The translations under genes were made by a program, and so were the position numbers. A stretch of 61,433 bases of DNA, filler included, from Choristocarpus tenellus KU-1152 (lineage: Eukaryota > Protista > Phaeophyceae), in NCBI GenBank assembly GCA_964200185.2. It is 9 parts of 9 records of this genome, joined end to end, with 100 filler letters (N's around TTAATTAATTAA, not from the genome) between each part and the next. Parts side by side here need not be neighbours in the genome. Positions count along the whole stretch, not along the records: positions 57,904 to 61,433 come from CAXNAD020019430.1; 8 more parts are not named here. One strand, given 5' to 3'. Positions 61,352 through 61,433 of this stretch are shown here, in pieces. Below the pieces are notes generated by a model. It did no database searches. It worked only from the letters and a program-made list of their open reading frames with translations, and was not told the origin of the DNA. Position 1 is the first letter of the stretch; every line of letters begins with the position of its first letter.

Positions 61352-61433
61352 TCATAAGCTTAAATAAGGAAGGAGAATACTGTATGTACCTTCTACCTCA
61401 GAGTCTCTTCAGTTTTTCTAAAACGTATTGTCG

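Overview
This is not prokaryotic DNA and not one continuous locus. It is nine unrelated eukaryotic contigs (1-3997, 4098-8222, 8323-11333, 11434-16202, 16303-22516, 22617-39555, 39656-52326, 52427-57803, 57904-61433) joined by identical artificial 100-bp linkers (N44-TTAATTAATTAA-N44). GT-AG introns, TTAGGG tracts, an Ectocarpus-like RTE LINE tail and a stramenopile-type multi-pass membrane protein point to a brown alga or close relative (inference). All host genes are partial: a THUMPD2/3-like RNA m2G methyltransferase, Rab escort protein (REP/CHM), an ankyrin-repeat TRP-type channel, an IQ-motif protein, a multi-pass membrane protein with an in-frame TGA, and two unassigned terminal exons. 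The rest is mostly transposon debris (DD39D mariner, hAT, LINEs, DIRS/Ngaro-like, an internally deleted LTR element) plus about 17 short inverted-repeat elements (MITEs) from several subfamilies sharing a CAAAGTA...TACTTTG terminal core; five complete copies show 3-bp TSDs. A decayed mitochondrial-type insert (trnA-trnS-trnS-trnV-rnl 5' end) ends contig 6. The best leads are the MITE group, strong patchy CpG depletion suggesting DNA methylation, and the NUMT. I found no convincing new multi-gene system. All family assignments come from motif recognition by eye, not database searches.
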